From contig CBDIIB010000002.1 in NCBI GenBank assembly GCA_965279525.1, positions 384,001 to 448,000 on the forward strand: DNA of 64,000 nucleotides, in the 5' to 3' direction. The notes under the pieces were generated by a model. That model was given only the letters and a program-made list of their open reading frames with translations, was not told the DNA's origin and searched no databases. A program made the position numbers and the translations under genes. Each line of letters starts with the position of its first letter. The first letter of the stretch is position 1. This document shows positions 56,736 to 64,000 of this stretch, one piece after another. This DNA is from Tagaea sp. (lineage in GTDB: Bacteria > Pseudomonadota > Alphaproteobacteria > CACIAM-22H2).

Positions 56736-58103
56736 TCAGATGATCTCGAAGTAGCGCTGATGCTGCCAGTCGGTGATCGCCTTGTTGTACTCGCGCTGCT
56801 CCCAGTCGCGGGTCCCCGCGTAGTGCTCGACGAATGCCTCGCCGAACAGTTCCTTGGCGGCCTTGGAAGCGGCAAGCCGCTTTGCGGCATCGCCCAGCGT
56901 GCGCGGCAGCTGGAGCTTGGCCGGCGCTTCGACCGCATAGGCGTTGCCCTGCACGGGCTTGGTCGGCTCGATCTTGTTGGCGATGCCCCACAGACCCGAA
57001 CCCAATGCGGCCGAAAAGGCGACATAGGGATTGATGTCGGCGGCCGCCACCCGATACTCGACGCGCTGCGACTTGGCCGAACCCGGAATGACGCGAAGTG
57101 CGGTCGTGCGGTTTTCCACGCCCCACATCGACGCGGTCGGCGCCCAGAAGCCGGGGATCAGGCGGGTGTAGGAATTGACCGTGCAGGCGATCATCGCCAG
57201 CAGTTCGGGCATCAGCATCTGCTGGCCGCCGATGAAATGTCGCATCGTGTCGGAGATGCCATGCGGCTTCTTCGGGTCGTGGAAAGCCGACTTGCCCTTC
57301 TTGTCCTTGAGCGAGATGTGCAGGTGTCCGCTCTGGCCCGGCCAGTCGTGCGACCATTTCGCCATGAAGGTCGCCATGCGGTTCTGCCGCTGGGCGAGGA
57401 TCTTGGTGTAGGTCTTGAACAGCGCTGCCTTGTCGGCCGCGGCAAGGATGCCGTCCACGCCGATGGCCGCTTCCAGCACGCCGGCACCCGTCTCGGTGTG
57501 CAGGCCTTCGATCGCCACGTCCATCGCGCGCATCGTGTCGAGCAGGTGGTGGTAGAAATCCGCGTGCACCGAATTGCGAAGCATCGAATAGCCGTAGTAG
57601 CCGGGCGTGATCGTCTTGAGGTTCTTGTAGTTCTTCTCGCGCACCGTATCGGGCGTCTCGTCGAAGACGAAGAACTCGAACTCGGCGGCGGCCGACGCCG
57701 TCAGGCCCATGTCGGCGGCGTACTTGATCACCCGGCGCAGCGTGCCGCGCGGACACACGGCTTCGGCCCGGTCGGCGAACTCGGCAAGGAACAGCAGCGT
57801 CGAGGGTTCGAACGGGATGTCGCGGCACGTGTCGGGCAGGACGCGGACGGGCGCGTCGGGATAGGCCGTGTGCCAGCCCGTGTATTTCGCGTTGTCGTAG
57901 AGCTGGTCGTTCGAATCCCAACCGAGCACGACGTCGCAGAATCCGAAGCCGCCGGTCAGCGCGGACAGGAACTTCTCGCGCGACATGTACTTGCCGCGCA
58001 TGATCCCGTCGACGTCGAAGACGCCGATCTTGACGTTGTCGATCTTGCGCGCGGCGATGAGTGCCGCCGCGTCTTCGGCGGTCTTGACGCTTCTCGGATC
58101 CAT
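56736..58103 (-). CDS. glutamine synthetase-family gamma-glutamylamide ligase
   Basis: DVDGIMRGKY, EFEFF, HTETGAGVLE, GQSGHLHISL, WGVENRT, RVEYR, NPY. Confidence 0.9.
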   Translation of the reverse strand: MDPRSVKTAEDAAALIAARKIDNVKIGVFDVDGIMRGKYMSREKFLSALTGGFGFCDVVLGWDSNDQLYDNAKYTGWHTAYPDAPVRVLPDTCRDIPFEPSTLLFLAEFADRAEAVCPRGTLRRVIKYAADMGLTASAAAEFEFFVFDETPDTVREKNYKNLKTITPGYYGYSMLRNSVHADFYHHLLDTMRAMDVAIEGLHTETGAGVLEAAIGVDGILAAADKAALFKTYTKILAQRQNRMATFMAKWSHDWPGQSGHLHISLKDKKGKSAFHDPKKPHGISDTMRHFIGGQQMLMPELLAMIACTVNSYTRLIPGFWAPTASMWGVENRTTALRVIPGSAKSQRVEYRVAAADINPYVAFSAALGSGLWGIANKIEPTKPVQGNAYAVEAPAKLQLPRTLGDAAKRLAASKAAKELFGEAFVEHYAGTRDWEQREYNKAITDWQHQRYFEII

Positions 58104-58156
58104 TGGGTTCCCCGTTTCGGACGACGGCGCAGGATGCCGTATCGGGGGCCCGTGCG

Positions 58157-58705
58157 CTAGCAGTTCGGCGAGTTCGGGCAGCTGCCGTTCTCGACGCCCC
58201 AGGGCTTGAAGGCGGGCATCAGCTCGACGACAAGCGCGCTCATGAAACGACGGAATTGCGCGTCGTCCGCGCGGGCCGGGCGCGGCGCCATGCCGGTCGT
58301 GCGCGACAGCAGGCTGCCGTACCTGCAGAAGCCCGCGACGACACGGAGGGAAGAGGCGCCGGCATCGAACGGCATCGAATTGGCCGCGTCGGTATTGCAC
58401 GGATTGGAGGTGTTCCGCGCGAAATCGAGCGTGATCCGGTAGCCGGCCCGGGCCGCGCCGGCATCCGGCGCGAAGGTCAGGCCGTGCAGGTTCGGCTCCG
58501 CGTTCATGGCGCCGACAATGTCGGCGCCGGAGAACGGGCCGCCGTTCATCGCCACCTGCACGGGGCCGAATGCACGGGCCTGGAGCGGGAGGGACGGATC
58601 ATAGGACGGGTACGCCGACCCGTAAGTCCGCGTGGAGTCCGCGGCACAGCCGGCGAGGGCGAAGGCCAGCGCAGTCGCGCAGGCGAGGATGGCGGGGCGT
58701 TTCAT
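58157..58705 (-). CDS. lipoprotein of unknown function
   Basis: MKR + hydrophobic stretch + LAGC lipobox; four further Cys; ATGA overlap with hemA stop. Confidence 0.8.
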   Translation of the reverse strand: MKRPAILACATALAFALAGCAADSTRTYGSAYPSYDPSLPLQARAFGPVQVAMNGGPFSGADIVGAMNAEPNLHGLTFAPDAGAARAGYRITLDFARNTSNPCNTDAANSMPFDAGASSLRVVAGFCRYGSLLSRTTGMAPRPARADDAQFRRFMSALVVELMPAFKPWGVENGSCPNSPNC

Positions 58706-59919
58706 GCGGCCTTGCGTAGCTCCAATCTGGCCCAGACGTCAATCAGGGCGTCGACCAGCCTGTCCATCAGCGCATCGTCGTGGAAGGGCGTGGCCGTCAG
58801 CCGCAGGCGCTCGGTCCCGCGCGGGACGGTCGGGTAGTTGATCGGCTGGACGTAGATGCGATGGCGCTCGAGGAGGTCGTCGGACGCCCGCTTGCAGGCG
58901 CGCGCGTCGCCGACCAGCAGCGGCACGATATGCGTGGACGACGCCATCAGCGGCAGGCCGGCTTCGGCCAGCAGGCGCTTGAGCCGGGCCGCGCGCTCGG
59001 CGAGTGCGGCGCGCTCGACGGTGCTGCGCTTGAGGTGGCGGATCGCGGCGAGGGCACCTGCCGCGATGACCGGCGGCATGGAGGTCGAGAAGATGAAGCC
59101 GGGCGCCACGCTGCGCACCGCATCGCACAGGGCGGCCGAACCGGCGACATAGCCGCCGACCACGCCGAAGCCCTTGGCGAGCGTGCCCTGGACGATGTCG
59201 ACGCGACCTTGCGCGCCGTCGCGCTCGGCAATGCCCGCACCGTGCGCGCCATAGAGGCCGACCGCATGGACCTCGTCCAGATACGTGATCGCGTCGTACC
59301 GTTCGGCGAGGTCGCAGAACGCGTGGATGGGCGAAACGTCGCCGTCCATCGAATAGACGCTCTCGAAGGCGACGACCTTGGGGCGTGCGGGATCGATCGC
59401 CGCCAGATGGCGTTCGAGATCCGCCGGATCGTTGTGCCGGAAGACGCGCTTTTCGGCACCCGAATGCCGGATGCCTTCGATCATCGAGGCGTGGTTGAGC
59501 TCGTCGGACAGGATCACGACGTCCGGCAGGAGCTTGCCCAGTGCTGCCAGCGTCGCTTCGTTGGCGTTGTAGCCGGACGTGAAGACGAGGGCGGCGGGCT
59601 TGGCATGCAGCCCCGCCAGCTCCGCCTCGAGCAGGACGTGCTGGTGATTGGTGCCCGAGATGTTGCGCGTGCCGCCGGCCCCTGCACCGTTGGCGCGCAG
59701 CGTGGTGGCCATCGCCTCGATCGTCGCGGGATGCTGGCCCATTCCCATGTAGTCGTTCGAGCACCAGACGACGACGTCGACCGGCCCGTGCGGCGCGTGC
59801 CAGACGGCGTGCGGGAACTGGCCGCACTTGCGCTCGAGATCGGCGAAGACGCGGTAGCGCCCTTCGGCCTTCAGGCTGCCGGTGGCGTCGGAGAAATAGC
59901 GGTCGTAATCCCTGCGCAT
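58702..59919 (-). CDS. hemA: 5-aminolevulinate synthase
   Basis: [62 protein letters not shown]. Confidence 0.94.
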   Translation of the reverse strand: MRRDYDRYFSDATGSLKAEGRYRVFADLERKCGQFPHAVWHAPHGPVDVVVWCSNDYMGMGQHPATIEAMATTLRANGAGAGGTRNISGTNHQHVLLEAELAGLHAKPAALVFTSGYNANEATLAALGKLLPDVVILSDELNHASMIEGIRHSGAEKRVFRHNDPADLERHLAAIDPARPKVVAFESVYSMDGDVSPIHAFCDLAERYDAITYLDEVHAVGLYGAHGAGIAERDGAQGRVDIVQGTLAKGFGVVGGYVAGSAALCDAVRSVAPGFIFSTSMPPVIAAGALAAIRHLKRSTVERAALAERAARLKRLLAEAGLPLMASSTHIVPLLVGDARACKRASDDLLERHRIYVQPINYPTVPRGTERLRLTATPFHDDALMDRLVDALIDVWARLELRKAA

Positions 59920-59938
59920 CGTCGGAATCCCGGTCCGG

Positions 59939-61336
59939 TCAGTCCAGCAGGCCCTTGGCCTTGGCCGCCGCATGGCCGTCGTCGAGGCCCTTGCGGAACC
60001 GCACGAAGAGCTCGTCGATCTCGCTTTCGGTGATGATGAGCGGCGGGCAGACGGCGACCCGGTTGTCGAACAGGCCGCGCACCATCAGCCCGGCCGCCTC
60101 GCACGCCTTGGCGACCAGCGGGGCGACTGCCTGGGCGGGCGCGAAGCACGTCTTCGTCGCCTTGTCCTTGACGAGCTGGAGGCCGCCGATGAGCCCTACG
60201 CCGGACGCCTCGCCGACCAGCGGATGCTCGGCAAGCGCGCGCAAGGCCGCCTGGAAGCGGGGGGCGACGCGCCGGACATGGCCGACGATGTCGCGCTCCT
60301 CGTAGATCTTCAGCGTCTCGAGCGCCACGGCCGCGGGCACCGGATGCGCCGAATAGGTGTAGCCGTGGCCGAAGCTGCCGATCTTGTCGCTCTGGCGCTG
60401 CATGGCCTGGAAGACCGGCTCGGACACCATCACGGCGGAGATCGGCACATAGGCGCTCGACAGCGCCTTGGCGCAGGTCAGGATGTCGGGCTGCATGTCG
60501 TAGGTCTGGCTGCCCCACATGTTTCCGGTGCGCCCGAAGCCGCAGATCACCTCGTCGGCGACGAGCAGGATGCCGTACTTCTTCAGCACCTTCTGGATCT
60601 TCGGGAAATAGCCGGTGGGCGGAACGATGGCGCCGCCGGCACCCATGACGGGCTCGGCGAACATCGCGCAGATCGTCTCGGGATCTTCCGCAAGGATCAG
60701 CTTCTCGAGATTGGCGGCAAGGCGCGTCGAATAGGCGTCCTCGCTCTCGCCGGGCTCGGCACCGCGATAGTGATGCGGCGTCTCGGCATAGGCGACGGGG
60801 AAGATCGGCAGGTCGAAGTCGCGCTGGTTGATCGGCAGCTTGGTCAGCGAGGCCGCCGCGATCGTCACGCCATGATAGGCCTTCTCGCGGCTGATGATCT
60901 TCTTGCGCTTCGGCTTGTCCGCGGCATTGGACACGTACCAGAGGATCTTGATGGCCGTGTCGTTGGCTTCCGAGCCCGAACTCGCGAAGAAGACCTTCGA
61001 CATCGGGACCGGGGCGAGCTCCTTCAGCTTCTCGGCGAGCACGATGCCCGGCTCGTGCGATTTGCCGGCGAAGATGTGGTAGTAGGGCAGATCGCGCATC
61101 TGGCGCTGGGCGGCTTCGGCCAGGCGCGGCTCGTTGAAGCCCAGCGAGGCGCACCACAGGCCGGCCAGACCCTCGATATATTCCTTGCCGTTGTCGTCGA
61201 CGACGTAGATCCCGCGGCCCTTGGCCATGACGACCGGACCTTCGGTCTCGTGCGTGCGCAGGTTGGTGTAGGGATGCACCAGAGCGGCAATGTCGCGCGC
61301 TGCAAGCGAATTTCCGCGCGGTCGCAAGTCGTTCAT
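59939..61336 (-). CDS. class III (omega-amine) aminotransferase
   Basis: [50 protein letters not shown]; GAGGAG SD. Confidence 0.93.
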   Translation of the reverse strand: MNDLRPRGNSLAARDIAALVHPYTNLRTHETEGPVVMAKGRGIYVVDDNGKEYIEGLAGLWCASLGFNEPRLAEAAQRQMRDLPYYHIFAGKSHEPGIVLAEKLKELAPVPMSKVFFASSGSEANDTAIKILWYVSNAADKPKRKKIISREKAYHGVTIAAASLTKLPINQRDFDLPIFPVAYAETPHHYRGAEPGESEDAYSTRLAANLEKLILAEDPETICAMFAEPVMGAGGAIVPPTGYFPKIQKVLKKYGILLVADEVICGFGRTGNMWGSQTYDMQPDILTCAKALSSAYVPISAVMVSEPVFQAMQRQSDKIGSFGHGYTYSAHPVPAAVALETLKIYEERDIVGHVRRVAPRFQAALRALAEHPLVGEASGVGLIGGLQLVKDKATKTCFAPAQAVAPLVAKACEAAGLMVRGLFDNRVAVCPPLIITESEIDELFVRFRKGLDDGHAAAKAKGLLD

Positions 61337-61527
61337 GTCGGGTTGCTCCTCGAATTCAGACGATCCTATCGTACCACCGCCGCGGCTGTCCTGCGAAGGC
61401 CGTTCTCCTCCCGTTCCGGGTTCTGCCCAATCCGGCATCAAAATTCGATTGATTCGGTCGCGGGAACGATTACCAAGATTGCCCACAGGTCCACCGGGTA
61501 TCGCGGCGGGGGTCGTTCGAGAAGAAC

Positions 61528-61542
61528 TGGCACGAAAGGTGC
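61528..61542 (+). promoter_or_regulatory. sigma54 promoter
   Basis: TGGCAC-GAAAG-GTGC, 47 nt before the SBP ATG. Confidence 0.6.
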
Positions 61543-61589
61543 CTCGTCCCCCCGCAGGCCGCCCGTAACAATGCACGGAGGAGAAACCG

Positions 61590-63194
61590 ATGTCATCCAA
61601 CCACACGATCCGCACGATGGCCTTTGCCGCCCTGGCGGGCGCAATGGCGTGCGGCTTTGCGGCCGAGCGGGCGGAGGCCAAGCCTTTCCGCATGTCCGTC
61701 TCGGGCGACGCGAACACGATGGATCCCCATTCGCAGAACGCCGGCAACGTCACGCTGCTGCTGCGCCAGATCTACGAGCCGCTGGTCCAGCGCGGCAAGA
61801 AGCTCGAACTCGAACCCGGCCTTGCCACCTCGTGGCGCCAGGTCGAGCCGCTGCGCTGGCGTTTCACGCTGCGCCCGAACGTCAAGTTCTCGAACGGCAA
61901 CGCCTTCAACGCCGACGACGTGGTCTTCTCGATCACCCGGGCGAAGCACCAGTTCTCGCAGTACGGCATCTATACCGACACGATCTCCCAGGCGGTCAAG
62001 GTCGACGATCTGACGGTCGACATCGTCACGACGATCCCCGACCCGATCCTGATCCAGAAGATCCCGTCGGTCTTCATGATGGACAAGGAATGGAGCGAGG
62101 CCAACAACGCCACGCGCCCGCAGAACGCCGTCGCCCGCGAGGAGTTCTTCACCGCGCGCAACGCGATGGGCTCGGGCCCGTTCATGGTCCGCAGCCGCGA
62201 GCCGGACGTGCGTACCGTCCTGGCGTCGAACCCCAACTGGTGGAACAACGCCGCGCGTGAAGGCAACGTGACCGAGATCGTCTTCCAGCCGATCGCGCAG
62301 GCCGCGACGCGCACGGCGGCCCTGCGTTCGGGCGAGATCGACTTCATCCTCGATCCCCCGGTGCAGGACGTCGGCCAGCTCGGCCAGGCGCCGGGCCTGA
62401 AGATCGTCAACGGGCCGGAAGTCCGCACGATCTTCATCTCGTTCGACACCAGCCGCGCCGAACTCCTCTATTCGTCGGTGAAGGGCAAGAACCCCTTCAA
62501 GGACATCCGCGTGCGTCTGGCGATGTACCACGCGGCCAACATCGACGCGATCCACACCCGCGTCATGCGCGGCTCGTCGGTCAACACCGGCTCGCTCTAT
62601 CCCGAAGCGGTCAACGGCTATTCGAAGGACGGCGACAAGCGCTATCCGTTCAACCTCGCAGAAGCGCGCAAGCTGATGCGGGAAGCCGGCTACGCCGACG
62701 GGTTCGAGGTCACGTTCGACTGCCCGAACAACCGCTACATCAACGACGAGGCCATCTGCCAGGCGCTCGTGGCGATGTGGTCGCAGATCGGCATCAAGGC
62801 GAACCTCAACGCGCAGCCGCTGGCCACGTACTTCCCCAAGGTCCAGCGCGACGACACGTCGCTCTACCTGCTCGGCTGGGGCGTTCCGACCTACGACGCG
62901 CTCTACTCGATCCAGGCGCTGATCCGCACGCGCGACGGCCAGCCCGGCAACGGCAGCTGGAACCACGGCCGCTTCTCCGATCCCGACTTCGACCGCGTCA
63001 TCGACAAGGTCAAGACCGAGCTCGACCAGGACGCGCGCCGCAAGCTGATCGGCGAGTTCAACAAGCTCTACCACGAGCGCGTGCCGCACATCCCGCTGCA
63101 CCACCAGATGATCCCGTGGGCCACCCGCTCGAACATCGACCTGGTCCATCGCGCGGACAACCAGCTCGAAGTGAAGTGGGTCAAGGTCAACTGA
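61590..63194 (+). CDS. DppA-like family 5 ABC substrate-binding protein
   Basis: GGAGGAG SD, signal peptide, MDPH, WRFTLRPNVKF, GSGPF, CPNNRYINDE. Confidence 0.93.
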   Translation: MSSNHTIRTMAFAALAGAMACGFAAERAEAKPFRMSVSGDANTMDPHSQNAGNVTLLLRQIYEPLVQRGKKLELEPGLATSWRQVEPLRWRFTLRPNVKFSNGNAFNADDVVFSITRAKHQFSQYGIYTDTISQAVKVDDLTVDIVTTIPDPILIQKIPSVFMMDKEWSEANNATRPQNAVAREEFFTARNAMGSGPFMVRSREPDVRTVLASNPNWWNNAAREGNVTEIVFQPIAQAATRTAALRSGEIDFILDPPVQDVGQLGQAPGLKIVNGPEVRTIFISFDTSRAELLYSSVKGKNPFKDIRVRLAMYHAANIDAIHTRVMRGSSVNTGSLYPEAVNGYSKDGDKRYPFNLAEARKLMREAGYADGFEVTFDCPNNRYINDEAICQALVAMWSQIGIKANLNAQPLATYFPKVQRDDTSLYLLGWGVPTYDALYSIQALIRTRDGQPGNGSWNHGRFSDPDFDRVIDKVKTELDQDARRKLIGEFNKLYHERVPHIPLHHQMIPWATRSNIDLVHRADNQLEVKWVKVN

Positions 63195-63207
63195 TAAGTC
63201 GACGTCC

Positions 63208-63247
63208 GGCCGGCTCCGGTCCTGCGGGACCGGAGCCGGCCATTTTT
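63208..63247 (+). terminator. stem-loop / intrinsic terminator-attenuator after SBP
   Basis: GGCCGGCTCCGGTCC-tgcg-GGACCGGAGCCGGCC, 15-bp perfect stem followed by ATTTTT. Confidence 0.75.
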
Positions 63248-63270
63248 CCAAGGGACATCACCCCCCGCCG

Positions 63271-64000
63271 ATGATCGCCTTCGTGATCCGCCGCCTGCTG
63301 CAGGCCATTCTCGTGATGATGGCCGTCGGCTTCGTCGCGTTTTCGCTGTTCGCCTATGTCGGCGATCCGGTGTCGATCATGCTCGGCCAGGATTTCACCG
63401 AAGAGACGCGCGTGCGCCTCGTGACCGATCTCGGTCTCGACAAGCCGTTCTTCGTCCAGTACTTCAACTTCCTCGTCAATGCGGCACAGGGCCAGTTCGG
63501 CATTTCCTATCGCCTCGCGCGCCCGGTCACCGAGCTGCTGCGCGAACGCCTGCCGGCCACGCTCGAGCTGTCGGCGTGCGCTGCCGTCCTGGCACTCGTC
63601 GTCGGCGTGCCGATGGGCGTCTATACCGGCCTCAACCGCGACACGTGGATCTCGCGCCTGCTGCTGACGGTCAGCCTCGTGGGCGTGTCGCTTCCCACCT
63701 TCCTGATCGGCATCCTGCTGATCCTCGTCTTCTCGGTCCTGCTCGGCTGGCTGCCGTCCTTCGGGCGCGGCACGACCGTGGCGCTGGGCTGGTGGACGAC
63801 GGGATTCCTCACGCCCACCGGCCTGCGCGCGCTGATCCTGCCGTCGATCACGCTGGCGCTGTTCCAGATGACGCTGATCATGCGCCTCGTGCGCTCGGAG
63901 ATGCTCGAGGTGCTGCGCACGGATTACATCAAGTTCGCCCGCGCGCGCGGCCTGCACAACCGGGCGATCAATTTCGGGCATGCGCTGAAGAACACGCTCG
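63271..64000 (+). CDS. DppB-type ABC permease (3' truncated by window edge)
   Basis: MIAFVIRRL, GDPV, LGLDKP, GQFGISY, ERLPATLEL, DYIKFARARGL. Confidence 0.9.
   Translation, partial: MIAFVIRRLLQAILVMMAVGFVAFSLFAYVGDPVSIMLGQDFTEETRVRLVTDLGLDKPFFVQYFNFLVNAAQGQFGISYRLARPVTELLRERLPATLELSACAAVLALVVGVPMGVYTGLNRDTWISRLLLTVSLVGVSLPTFLIGILLILVFSVLLGWLPSFGRGTTVALGWWTTGFLTPTGLRALILPSITLALFQMTLIMRLVRSEMLEVLRTDYIKFARARGLHNRAINFGHALKNTL

Noticed and set aside
56736-58103. Housekeeping glnA
   Set aside because: Lacks the GSI adenylylation-region signature; ALDH/ADH context points to a gamma-glutamylamide ligase
1-64000. CRISPR arrays, IS/transposases, integrases, phage or defence genes, tRNA/rRNA
   Set aside because: No spaced repeats, terminal inverted repeats or relevant motifs seen; intergenic gaps are short

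Overview
High-GC alphaproteobacterial chromosomal segment, probably Rhodospirillales-like (inferred from C4-pathway ALA synthase, F5-type hybrid CheA, alpha-type CheZ and CtrA-like boxes). It is densely coding with about 62 genes. I see no rRNA, tRNA, CRISPR, IS or prophage. Content in order: partial FixJ-type regulator; DUF1194; NitT/TauT ABC transporter plus alpha/beta hydrolase behind a lone hutH; beta-carbonic anhydrase; Liv-type ABC operon; LysR with a quiC-BKACE-pcaHG hydroaromatic operon; an IclR-led catabolic operon (cupin, four SDRs, HpcH aldolase, TctCBA, MFS); a peptide-type ABC operon with two paralogous binding proteins; cytochrome c; an MCP; cysteine dioxygenase and 1-Cys peroxiredoxin; pxpBCA; hutD; amidase with a small partner; RhlE helicase; P450 with a membrane-anchored TAXI protein; cheA-cheW-PAS converging on cheZ plus an unknown protein; an aminotransferase-hemA-lipoprotein-GS-like-ALDH-Fe-ADH run; and a Dpp-type ABC start. 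Best leads: the hemA/gamma-glutamylation gene run, a promoter motif shared by the liv and quiC operons, the atypical chemotaxis locus (cheZ plus unknown 372-aa protein, PAS-only protein, orphan TAXI receptor), the four-SDR catabolic operon, and the amidase with a 63-aa partner. Product calls rest on motifs read by eye. No database search was run, so novelty is unverified.
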